Positions 42,801 to 56,949 of a stretch of DNA of 64,000 nt are shown here, one piece after another (position 1 is the stretch's first letter; every line of letters begins with the position of its first letter). Below the pieces are notes generated by a model. That model made no database searches. It was not told the DNA's origin and saw only the letters and a program-made list of their open reading frames with translations. This DNA comes from Eledone cirrhosa. Lineage: Eukaryota. The position numbers and the translations under genes were made by a program. The stretch is from the NCBI GenBank assembly GCA_964016885.1, contig OZ024740.1:318928001-318992000 (forward strand). Reading direction: 5' to 3'.

Positions 42801-45800
42801 CGTCTATTTCTACAACTTACATTCTATCTGACATTCTAACGACTCTACCAATTCGCTGTATTTCTACTACAATACTAACTTCAAATAATCCAGGATTGTC
42901 TCGTCTATTTCCACAACTTACATTCTATCTGATATTCTAACGACTCTACCAATTCGAAGTCTTTCTACTACAATATTCACAACAAATAATCCTGGATTGT
43001 CTCGTCTATTTCAACAACTTACATTCTATCTCACATTCTAACGTGTCTACCAATTCGCTGAATTTCTACTACAATACTCTCAACAAATAAACCAGGATTG
43101 TCTCGTCTATTTCCACAACTTACATTCTATCTGACATACTAACGGCTCTACCAATTGGAACTCTTTCTACTACAATACTAACTTTAAACAATCCAGGATT
43201 GTCTCCTCTATTTCCACAACTTACATTCTATGTAACATTGAAACGACTCTACCAATTCGATGTCTTTGTACTACAATACTCACAAAAAATAATCCAGGAT
43301 TGTATGGTCTATTTCCACAACTTACATTCTATCTGATATTCGAACGACTCTACCAATTCGAAGTCTTTCTACTACAATACTAACAACAAATAATGCAGGA
43401 TTGTCTCGTCTATTTCCACAACTTACGTTCTATCTGACATTCTAACGACTCTACCAATTCGAAGTCTTTCTACTACAATACTAACGTCAAATAATCCAGG
43501 ATTGTCTCCTCTATTTCCACAACTTACATTCCATCTGACATTCGAACGACTCTACCAATTCGAAGTCTTTCTACTACAATACTCACAACATATAATCCAG
43601 GATTGTATCGTCTATTTCTACAACTTGCATTCTATCTGACATTCTAACGACTCTACCATTTCGAAGTCTTTCTGCTACAATACTCACAACAAATAATCCA
43701 GGATTGCCTCGTTTATTTCCACACGTTACATTCTATCTGACATTCTAACGACTCTACCAATTCGATGTGTTTCTACTACAATACTCACAACAAATAATCC
43801 AGGATTGTCTCGTCTATCTCCAGACCTTACATTCTATCTGACATTCTAACGACTCTACCAGTTCGCTGTATTTCTACTACAATACTAACTTCAAATAATC
43901 CAGGATTGCCTCGTCTATTTCCACAACTTACATTCTATCTGACATTCTAACGACTCTACCCATTCGCTGAAATTCTACTACAATACTCTCAACAAATTAA
44001 CCAGGATTGTCTCGTCTATTTCCATAACTCACATTCTATCTGACATTCTAACGACTCTACCAATTCGCTGTATTTCTACTACAATACTAACTTCAATTAG
44101 TCCAGGATTGTCTCATCTATTTCCACAACTTACATTCTATCTGATATTCGAACGACTCTACCAGTTCGAAATCTTTCTACTACAATACTCACAACAAACA
44201 ATCCAGGATTGTCTCGTCTATTTCCACAACTAGACATTCTATCTGACATTCTAACGACTCTACCAATTCGAAATCTTTCTACTACAATAGTAACGTCAAA
44301 TAATCCAAGATTGTCTCGTCTATTTCCACAACTTATATTCTATCTGATATTCTAACGACTCTACCAATTCGAAGTCTTTCCACTACAATACTCATAACAA
44401 ATAATCCAGGATTGTCTCGTCTATTTCCACAACTTACCTTCTATTTGGCATTCTAATGACTCTATCAATTCGCTGTCTTTCTACTACAATACTCACAACA
44501 AATAATCCATATTGTCTCGTCTATTTCCACAACTTACATTCTATCTGACATTCACACGACTCTATCAATTCGAAGTCTTTCTACTACAATACTAACGTCA
44601 AATAATCCAGGATTGTCTCGTCTATTTCCACAACTTACTTTCTATCTGACATTCTAACGACTCTACCAATTCGAAGTCTTTCTACTACAATACTCACAAC
44701 AAATATTCCAGGATTGTCTCGTCTATTTCCACAACTTACATTCTATCTGACATTCTAACGACTCTACCAATTCGAAGTCTTTCTACTACAATACTAACTT
44801 TAAATAATCCTGGATTGTCTCCTCTATTTCCACAACTTACATATTATCTGAAATTCTAACGACTCTACCAATTCGATGTCTTTCTACTACAATACTCACA
44901 ACAAATAATCCAGGATTGTATAGTCTATTTCTACAACTTACATTATATCTGACATTCTAACGACTCTACCAATTCGAAGTCTTTCTGCTACAATACTCAC
45001 AACAAATTATCCAGGATTGTCTCGTCTATTTCCACACCTTACATTCTATCTGACATTCTAACGACTCTACCTATTCGCTGTATTTCTACTACAATACTCA
45101 CAACAAATAATCCAGCATTGTCTCGTCTGTTTCCACAACTCACATTCTATCTGACATTCTAACGACTCTACCAATTCGAAGTCTTTCTACTACAATACTA
45201 ACAACAAATAATCTAGGATTGTCTCATCTATCTCCACAACTTACATTTTCTCTGACATTCTAACGACTCTACCAATTCGACGTCTTTCTACTACAATACT
45301 CACAACAAATAATCCAGGATTGTCTCGTCTATTTCCACAACTTACATTCTATCTGACATTCTAACGACTCTACCAATTTGAAGTCTTTCTATTAAAATAC
45401 TAACAACAAATAATCTGGGATTGTCTCGTCTATTTCCACAACTTACATTCTATCTGACATTCTAACGACTCTACCAATTCGATGTGTTTCTACTACAATA
45501 CTCACAACAAATAATCCAGGATTGTCTCGTCTATCTCCAGACCTTACATTCTATCTGACATTCTAACGACTCTACCAGTTCGCTGTATTTCTACTACAAT
45601 ACTAACTTCAAATAATCCAGGATTGTCTCGTCTATTTCCACAACTTACATTCTATCTGACATTCAAACGACTCTACCAATTCGAAGTCTTTCTACTACAA
45701 TACTCACAACAAATAATCCAGGATTGTCTCGTCTATTTCCACAACTTACATGCTATCTGACATTCTAACGACTCTACCAATTTGAAGTCTTTCTACTACA

Positions 45801-48800
45801 ATACTAACGTCAAATAATCCAGGATTGTCTCCTCTATTTCCACAACTTACATTCCATCTGACATTCTAACGACTCTAACATTTCGATGTCTTTCTACTAC
45901 AATACTCACAACAAATAATCCAGGATTGTATCGTCTATTTCTACAACATACATTCTATCTGACATTCTAACGACTCTACCTATTCGCTGTATTTCTACTA
46001 CAATACTCACAACAAATAATCCAGCATTGTCTCGTCTATTTCCACAACTCACATTCTATCTGATATTCTAACGACTCTATCAATTCGAAGTCTTTCTACT
46101 ACAATACTCACAACAAATAATCCAGGATTGTCTCGTCTATTTCCACAACTTACATGCTATCTGACATTCTAACGACTCTACCAATTTGAAGTCTTTCTAC
46201 TACAATACTAACAACAAATAATCTGGGATTGTCTCGTCTATTTCCACAACTTACATTCTATCTGACATTCTAACGACTCTACGAATTCGAAGTTTTTCTA
46301 CTACAATACTCCCAACAAATAATCAAGGATTGTATCGTCTATTTCCACAACTTACATTCTATCTGACATTCTAACGACTCTACCCATTCGCTGTATTTCT
46401 AGTACAATACTAACTTCAAATAATCCAGGATTGTCTCCTCTATTTCCACAACTTACATTCTATCTCACATTCTAACGAGTCTACCAATTCGCTGTATTTC
46501 TACTACAATACTAACTTCAAATAATCCAGGATTGTATCGGCTATTTCCACAATTTACATCCTATCTGACATTCTAACGACTCTACCAATTCGCTGTCTTT
46601 CTACTACAATACTAACAACAAATAATCTAGGATTGTCTCGTCTATTTCCACAACTTACATTCTATCTGATATTCGAACGACTCTACCAATTCGATGTGTT
46701 TCTACTACAATACTCACAACAAATAATCCAGGATTGTCTCGTCTATCTCCAGACCTTACATTCTATCTGACATTCTACCGACTCTACCAGTTCGCTGTAT
46801 TTCTACTACAATACTAACTTCAAATAATCCAGGATTGTCTCGTCTATTTCCACAACTTACATTCTATCTGACATTCAAACGACTCTACCAATTCGAAGTC
46901 TTTCTACTACAATACAAACGTCAAATAATCCAGGATTGTCTCCTCTATTTCCACAACTTACCTTCCATCTGACATTCTAACGACACTACCAATTCGATGT
47001 CTTTCTACTACAATACTCACAACAAATAATCCAGGATTGTATCGTCTATTTCTACAACTTACATTCTATCTGACATTCTAACGACTCTACCAATTCGAAG
47101 TCGTTCTGCTACAATACTCACAACAAGTAATCCAGGATTGTCTCGTCTATTTCTACAACTTACATTCTATCTGACATTCTAACGACTCTACCAATTCGCT
47201 GTATTTCTACTACAATACTAACTTCAAATAATCCAGGATTGTCTCGTCTATTTCCACAACTTACATTCTATCTGACATTCAAACGACTCTACCAATTCGA
47301 AGTCTTTCTACTACAATACTAACTTCAAATAATCCAGGATTGTCTCGTCTATTTCCACAACTTACATTCTATCTGATATTCTAACGACTCTACCAATTCG
47401 AAGTCTTTCTACTACAATATTCACAACAAATAATCCTGGATTGTCTCGTCTATTTCAACAACTTACATTCTATTTCACATTCTAACGTGTCTACCAATTC
47501 GCTGAATTTCTACTACAATACTCTCAACAAATAAACCAGGATTGTCTCGTCTATTTCCACAACTTACATTCTATCTGACATACTAACGGCTCTACCAATT
47601 GGAACTCTTTCTACTACAATACTAACTTTAAACAATCCAGGATTGTCTCCTCTATTTCCACAACTTACATTCTATGTAACATTGAAACGACTCTACCAAT
47701 TCGATGTCTTTGTACTACAATACTCACAAAAAATAATGCAGGATTGTCTCGTCTATTTCCACAACTTACGTTCTATCTGACATTCTAACGACTCTACCAA
47801 TTCGAAGTCTTTCTACTACAATGCTCACAACAAATAATCCACGACTGTCTCGTCTATTTCCACAACTTACATTCTATCTGACATTCTAACGACTCTACCA
47901 ATTCGAAATCTTTCTACTACAATACTCACAACAAACAATCCAGGATTGTCTCGTCTATTTCCACAACTTACATTCTATCTGACATTCTAACGACTCTACC
48001 AATTCGCTGTATTTCTACTACAATACTAACTTCAAATAATCCAGGATTGTATCGGCTATTTCCACAACTTACATCCTATCTGACATTCTAACGACTCTAT
48101 CAATTCGAAGTCTTTCTACTACAATACTAACGTCAAATAATCCAGGATCGTGTCGTCTATTTCCACAACTTACATTATATCTGACATTCTAACGTCTCTA
48201 CCAATTCGAAGTCTTTCTACTACAATACTAACAACAAATAATCTAGGATTGTCTCATCTATCTCCACAACTTACATTTTCTCTGACATTCTAACGACACT
48301 ACCAATTCGAAGTCTTTCTACTACAATACTCACAACAAATAATCCAGGATTGTCTCGTCTATTTTCACAAATTACATTCTATCTGATATTCTAACGACTC
48401 TACCAATTTGAAGTCTTCTACTACAATACTAACAACAAATAATCTGGGATTGTCTCGTCTATTTCCACAACTTACATTCTATCTGACATTCTAACGACTC
48501 TACCAATTCGAAATATTTCTACTACAATACTCACAACAAGTAATCCAGGATTGTCTCGTCTATTTCTACAACTTACATTCTATCTGACATTCTAACGACT
48601 CTACCAATTCGCTGTATTTCTACTACAATACTAACTTCAAATAATCCAGGATTGTCTCGTCTATTTCCACAACTTACATTCTATCTGATATTCTAACGAC
48701 TCTACCAATTCGAAGTCTTTCTACTACAATATTCACAACAAATAATCCTGGATTGTCTCGTCTATTTCAACAACTTACATTCTATCTCACATTCTAACGT

Positions 48801-49225
48801 GTCTACCAATTCGCTGAATTTCTACTACAATACTCTCAACAAATAAACCAGGATTGTCTCGTCTATTTCCACAACTTACATTCTATCTGACATACTAACG
48901 GCTCTACCAATTGGAACTCTTTCTACTACAATACTAACTTTAAACAATCCAGGATTGTTTCCTCTATTTCCACAACTTACATTCTATGTAACATTGAAAC
49001 GACTCTACCAATTCGATGTCTTTGTACTACAATACTCACAAAAAATAATCCAGGATTGTATGGTCTATTTCCACAACTTACATTCTATCTGATATTCGAA
49101 CGACTCTACCAATTCGAAGTCTTTCTACTACAATACTAACAACAAATAATGCAGGATTGTCTCGTCTATTTCCACAACTTACGTTCTATCTGACATTCTA
49201 ACGACTCTACCAATTCGAAGTCTTT
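37890..49225. repeat. Near-identical tandem duplication of a 55/57-monomer block (about 37.9-43.45 kb vs 43.45-49.2 kb)
   Basis: The private 1-bp insertion CTAGAC is at 38475/44230 (offset 5755). Other shared variants: AATACAAACG 41156/46911 (5755), ATCGTGTCGT 42391/48147 (5756), TAATGCAGGA 43391/49147 (5756). The offset is 5553 at the start, before two extra monomers in copy 2. Confidence 0.9.
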
Positions 49226-52200
49226 CTATTACGATACTCACAGCAAATAATCCAGGATTGTCTCGTCTATTTCCACAACTTACATTCTATCTGACATTCT
49301 AACGACTCTACGAATTCGCTGTCTTTCTACTACAATGCTCACAACAAATAATCCACGACTGTCTCGTCTATTTCCACAACTTACATTCTATCTGACATTC
49401 TAACGACTCTACCAATTCGAAATCTTTCTACTACAATACTCACAACAAACAATCCAGGATTGTCTCGTCTATTTCCACAACTTACATTCTATCTGACATT
49501 CTAACGACTCTACCAATTCGCTGTATTTCTACTACAATACTAACTTCAAATAATCCAGGATTGTATCGGCTATTTCCACAACTTACATCCTATTTGACAT
49601 TCTAACGACTCTATCAATTCGAAGTCTTTCTACTACAATACTAACGTCAAATAATCCAGGATCGTGTCGTCTATTTCCACAACTTAAATTCTATCTGACA
49701 TTTTAACGACTCTACCAATTCGAAATATTTCTACTACAATACTCACAACAAATAATCCAGGATTGTCTCGTCTATCTCCAGACCTTACATTCTATCTGAC
49801 ATTCTAACGACTCTACCAGTTCGCTGTATTTCTACTACAATACTATCTTCAAATAATGCAGGATTGTCTCGTCTATTTCCACAACTTACATTCTATCTGA
49901 CATTCAAACGACTCTACCAATTCGAAGTCTTTCTACTACAATACTAACGTCAAATAATGCAGGATTGTCTCCTCTATTTCCACAACTTACATTCCATCTG
50001 ACATTCTAACGACTCTACCAATTCGATGTCTTTCTACTACAATACTCACAACAAATAATCCAGGATTGTATCGTCTATTTCTACAACATACATTCTATCT
50101 GACATTCTAACGACTCTACCTATTCGCTGTATTTCTACTACAATACTCACAACAAATAATCCAGCATTGTCTCGTCTATTTCCACAACTCACATTCTATC
50201 TGATATTCTAACGACTCTATCAATTCGAAGTCTTTCTACTACAATACTAACGTCAAATAATCCAGGATCGTCTCGTCTATTTCCACAACTTACATTTTCT
50301 CTGACATTCTAACGACTCTACCAATTCGAAGTCTTTCTACTACAATACTCACAACAAATAATCCAGGATTGTCTCGTCTATTTCCACAACTTACATTCTA
50401 TCTGACATTCTAACGACTCTACCAATTTGAAGTCTTTCTACTACAATACTAACAACAAATAATCTGGGATTGTCTCGTCTATTTCCACAACTTACATTCT
50501 ATCTGACATTCTAACGACTCTACCAATTCGAAGTTTTTCTACTACAATAGTCCCAACAAATAATCAAGGATTGTATCGTCTATTTCCACAACTTACATTC
50601 TATCTGACATTATAACGACTCTACCCATTCGCTGTATTTCTAGTACAATACTAACTTCAAATAATCCAGGATTGTCTCCTCTATTTCCACAACTTACATT
50701 CTATCTCACATTCTAACGAGTCTACCAATTCGCTGTATTTCTACTACAATACTCACAACAAATAAACCAGGATTGTCTCGTCTATTTCCACAACTTACAT
50801 TCTATCTGACATACTAACTACTCTACCAATTTGAAGTCTTTCTACTACAATACTAACTTTAAACAATCCAGGATTGTCTCCTCTATTTCCACAACTTACA
50901 TTCTATCTGACATTCTAACGACTCTACCAATTCGCTGTATTTCTACTACAATACTAACTTCAAATAATCCAGGATTGTATCGGCTATTTCCACAACTTAC
51001 ATCCTATCTGACATTCTAACGACTCTACCAATTCGCTGTCTTTCTACTACAATACTAACAACAAATTATCTAGGATTGTCTCGTCTATTTCCACAACTTA
51101 CATTCTATCTGATATTCGAACGACTCTACCAATTCGATGTGTTTCTACTACAATACTCACAACAAATAATCCAGGATTGTCTCGTCTATCTCCAGACCTT
51201 ACATTCTATCTGACATTCTACCGACTCTACCAGTTCGCTGTATTTCTACTACAATACTAACTTCAAATAATCCAGGATTGTCTCGTCTATTTCCACAACT
51301 TACATTCTATATGACATTCAAACGACTCTACCAATTCGAAGTCTTTCTACTACATTACTAACGTCAAATAATCCAGGATTGTCTCCTCTATTTCCACAAC
51401 TTACCTTCCATCTGACATTCTAACAACTCTACCAATTCGATGTCTTTCTACTACAATACTCACAACAAATAATCCAGGATTGTATCGTCTATTTCTACAA
51501 CTTACATTCTATCTGACATTCTAACGACTCTACCAATTCGAAGTCTTTCTGCTACAATACTCACAACAAGTAATCCAGGATTGTCTCGTCTATTTCTACA
51601 ACTTACATTCTATCTGACATTCTAACGACTCTACCAATTCGCTGTATTTCTACTACATTACTAACTTCAAATAATCCAGGATTGTCTCGTCTATTTCCAC
51701 AACTTACTTTCTATCTGATATTCTAACGACTCTACCAATTCGAAGTCTTTCTACTACAATATTCACAACAAATAATCCTGGATTGTCTCGTCTATTTCAA
51801 CAACTTACATTCTATCTCACATTCTAACGTGTCTACCAATTCGCTGAATTTCTACTACAATACTCTCAACAAATAAACCAGGATTGTCTCGTCTATTTCC
51901 ACAACTTACATTCTATCTGACATACTAACGGCTCTACCAATCGGAACTCTTTCTACTACAATACTAACTTTAAACAATCCAGGATTGTCTCCTCTATTTC
52001 CACAACTTACATTCTATGTAACATTGAAACGACTCTACCAATTCGATGTCTTTGTACTACAATACTCACAAAAAATAATCCAGGATTGTATGGTCTATTT
52101 CCACAACTTACATTCTATCTGACATTCTAACGACTCTACCAATTCGCTGTATTTCTACTACAATACTAACTTCAATTAGTCCAGGATTGTCTTATCTATT

Positions 52201-54099
52201 TCCACAACTTACATTCTATCTGATATTCGAACGACTCTACCAATTCGAAGTCTTTCTACTACAATACTAACAACAAATAATGCAGGATTGTCTCGTCTAT
52301 TTCCACAACTTACGTTCTATCTGACATTCTAACGACTCTACCAATTCGAAGTCTTTCTATTACAATACTTACAGCAAATAATCCAGGATTGTCTCGTCTA
52401 TTTCCACAACTTACATTCTATCTGACATTCTAACGACTCTACGAATTCGCTGTCTTTCTACTACAATGCTCACAACAAATAATCCACGACTGTCTCGTCT
52501 ATTTCCACAACTTACATTCTATCTGACATTCTAACGACTCAACCAATTCGAAATCTTTCTACTACAATACTCACAACAAACAATCCAGGATTGTCTCGTC
52601 TATTTCCACAACTTAGATTCTATCTGACATTCTAACGACTCTACCAATTCGCTGTATTTCTACTACAATACTAACTTCAAATAATCCAGGATTGTATCGG
52701 CTATTTCCACAACTTACATCCTATCTGACATTCTAACGACTCTATCAATTCGAAGTCTTTCTACTACAATACTAACGTCAAATAATCCAGGATCGTGTCG
52801 TCTATTTCCACAACTTACATTCTATCTGACATTCTAACGTCTCTACCAATTCGAAGTCTTTCTACTACAATACTAACAACAAATAATCTAGGATTGTCTC
52901 ATCTATCTCCACAACTTACATTTTCTCTGATATTCTAACGACACTACCAATTCGAAGTCTTTCTACTACAATACTCACAACAAATAATCCAGGATCGTCT
53001 CGTCTATTTCCACAAATTACATTCTATCTGATATTCTAACGACTCTACCAATTTGAAGTCTTCTACTACAATACTAACAACAAATAATCTAGGATTGTAT
53101 CGTCTATTTCCACAACTTACATTCTATCTGACATTCTAACGACTCTACCAATTCGCTGTATATCTACTACAATACTAACTTCAATTAGTCCAGGATTGTC
53201 TCATCTACTTCCACAACTTACATTCTATCTGATATTCGAACGACTCTACCAATTCGAAGTCTTTCTACTACAATACTAACAACAAATAATGCAGGATTGT
53301 CTCGTCTATTTCCACAACTTACATTCTATCTGACATTCTAACGACTCTACGAATTCGCTGTCTTTCTACTACAATGCTCACAACAAATAATCCACGACTG
53401 TCTCGTCTATTTCCACAACTTACATTCTATCTGACATTCTAACGACTCTACCAATTCGAAATCTTTCTACTACAATACTCACAACAAACAAGCCAGGATT
53501 GTCTCGTCTATTTCTACAACTTACATTCTATGTGACATTCAAACGACTCTATCAATTCGAAGTCTTTCTACTACAATACTAACGTCAAATAATCCAGGAT
53601 TGTCTCGTCTATTTCCACAACTTACATTATATCTGACATTCTAACGACTCTACGAATTCGCTGTCTTTCTACTACAATGCTCACAACAAATAATCCACGA
53701 CTGTCTCGTCTATTTCCACAATTTACATTCTATCTGACATTCTAACGACTCTACCAATTCGATGTGTTTCTACTACAATACTCACAACAAATAATCCAGG
53801 ATTGTCTCGTCTATCTCCAGACCTTACATTCTATCTGACATTCTAACGACTCTATCAATTCGAAGTCTTTCTACTACAATACTAACGTCAAATAATCCAG
53901 GATCGTGTCGTCTATTTTCACAACTTACATTCTATCTGACATTCTAACGTCTCTACCATTTCGAAGTCTTTCTACTACAATACTAACAACAAATAATCTA
54001 GGATTGTCTCATCTATCTCCACAACTTACATTTTCTCTGACATTCCAACGACACTACCAATTCGAAGTCTTTCTACTACAATACTAACAACAAATAATC

Positions 54100-56450
54100 T
54101 GGGATTGTCTCGTCTATTTCCACAACTTACATTCTATCTGACATTCTAACGACTCTACCAATTCGCTGTATTTCTACTACAATACTAACTTCAATTAGTC
54201 CAGGATTGTCTCATCTACTTCCACAACTTACATTCTATCTGACATTCGAACGAGTCTACCAATTCGCTGTATTTCTACTACAATACTAACAACAAATAAT
54301 GCAGGATTGTCTCGTCTATTTCCACAACTTACATTCTATCTGACATTCTAACGACACTACCAATTTGAAGTCTTTCTATTACAATACTCACAACAAATAA
54401 TCCAGGATTGTCTCGTCTATTTCCACAACTTACATTCTATCTGACATTCTAACGACTCTACGAATTCGCTGTGATTCTACTACAATGCTCACAACAAATA
54501 ATCCACGACTGTCTCGTCTATTTCCACAACTTACATTCTATCTGACATTCTAACGACTCTACCAATTCGAAATCTTTCTACTACAATACTCACAACAAAC
54601 AATCCAGGATTGTCTCGTCTATTTCTACAACTTACATTCTATGTGACATTCAAACGACTCTATCAATTCGAAGTCTTTCTACAACAATACTAACGTAAAA
54701 TAATCCAGGATTGTCTCATCTATTTCCACAACTTACATTCCATCTGACATTCTAACGACTCTACCAATTCGATGTCTTTCTACTACAATACTCACAACAA
54801 ATAATCCAGGATTGTATCGTCTATCTCCAGACCTTACATTCTATCTGACATTCTAACGACTCTACCAGTTCGCTGTATTTCTACTACAATACTAACGTCA
54901 AATAATCCAGGATTGTCTCCTCTATTTCCACAACTTACATTCCATCTGACATTCTAACGACTCTACCAATTCGATGTCTTTCTACTACAATACTCACAAC
55001 AAATAATCCAGGATTGTATCGTCTATTTCTACAACATACATTCTATCTGACATTCTAACGACTCTACCTATTCGCTGTATTTCTACTACAATACTCACAA
55101 CAAATAATCCAGCATTGTCTCGTCTATTTCCACAACTCACATTCTATCTGATATTCTAACGACTCTATCAATTCGAAGTCTTTCTACTACAATACTAACG
55201 TCAAATAATCCAGGATCGTCTCGTCTATTTCCACAAATTACATTCTATCTGATATTCTAACGACTCTACCAATTTGAAGTCTTCTACTACGATACTAACA
55301 ACAAATAATCTGGGATTGTCTCGTCTATTTCCACAACTTACATTCTATCTGACATTCTAACGACTCTACCAATTCGCTGTATTTCTACTACAATACTAAC
55401 TTCAATTAGTCCAGGATTGTCTCATCTACTTCCACAACTTACATTCTATCTGATATTCGAACGACTCTACCAATTCGAAGTCTTTCTACTACAATACTAA
55501 CAACAAATAATGCAGGATTGTCTCGTCTATTTCCACAAATTACATTCTATCTGACATTCTAACGACTCTACCAATTTGAAGTCTTTCTATTACAATACTC
55601 ACAACAAATAATCCAGGATTTTCTCGGCTATTTCCACAACTTACATTCTATCTGACATTCTAACGACTCTACGAATTCGCTGTCTTTCTACTACAATGCT
55701 CACAACAAATAATCCACGACTGTCTCGTCTATTTCCACAACTTACATTCTATCTGACATTCTAACGACTCTACCAATTCGAAATCTTTCTACTACAATAC
55801 TCACAACAAACAATCCAGGATTGTCTCGTCTATTTCTACAACTTACATTCTATGTGACATTCAAACAACTCTATCAATTCGAAGTCTTTCTACAACAATA
55901 CTAACGTAAAATAATCCAGGATTGTCTCATCTATTTCCACAACTTACATTCTATCTGACATTCTAACGACTCTACCAATTCGATGTGTTTCTACTACAAT
56001 ACTCACAACAAATAATCCAGGATTGTCTCGTCTATCTCCAGACCTTACATTCTATCTGACATTCTAACGACTCTACCAGTTCGCTGTATTTCTACTACAA
56101 TACTAACTTCAAATAATCCAGGATTGTCTCCTCTATTTCCACAACTTACATTCTATCTGACATTCTAACGACTCTACCAATTCGATGTCTTTCTACTACA
56201 ATACTCACAACAAATAATCCAGGATTGTATCGTCTATTTCTACAACATACATTCTATCTGACATTCTAACGACTCTACCTATTCGCTGTATTTCTACTAC
56301 AATACTCACAACAAATAATCCAGCATTGTCTCGTCTATTTCCACAACTCACATTCTATCTGATATTCTAACGACTCTATCAATTCGAAGTCTTTCTACTA
56401 CAATACTAACGTCAAATAATCCAGGATCGTCTCGTCTATTTCCACAACTT
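54100..56450. repeat. Tandem duplication at 12-monomer offset
   Basis: GCAGGATTG occurs at 54301/55512 and ACAACATACA at 55031/56242, both at offset 1211 = 12x101-1. Confidence 0.75.
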
Positions 56451-56949
56451 ACATTCTATCTGACATTCTAACGACTCTACCAATTCGAAGTCTTTCTACT
56501 ACAATACTAACAACAAATAATCTAGGATTGTCTCATCTATCTCCACAACTTACATTTTCTCTGACATTCTAACGACTCTACCAATTCGAAGTCTTTCTAC
56601 TACAATACTCACAACAAATAATCCAGGATTGTCTCGTCTATTTCCACAACTTACATTCTATCTGACATTCTAACGACTCTACCCATTCGCTGTATTTCTA
56701 GTACAATACTAACTTCAAATAATCCAGGATTGTCTCCTCTATTTCCACAACTTACATTCTATCTCACATTCTAACGAGTCTACCAATTCGCTGTATTTCT
56801 ACTACAATACTCACAACAAATAAACCAGGATTGTCTCGTCTATTTCCACAACTTACATTCTATCTGACATACTAACTACTCTACCAATTCGAAGTCTTTC
56901 TACTACAATACTAACTTTAAACAATCCAGGATTGTCTCGTCTATTTCTA

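Noticed and set aside
2555-54087. Eight 60-79 aa ORFs on the + strand (four near-identical)
   Set aside because: They are translations of the satellite. Because 101 is not divisible by 3, the frame cycles every three monomers, and the consensus has three stops per cycle that chance variants remove. The starts are GTG or TTG, and the identical copies simply track the HOR duplications.
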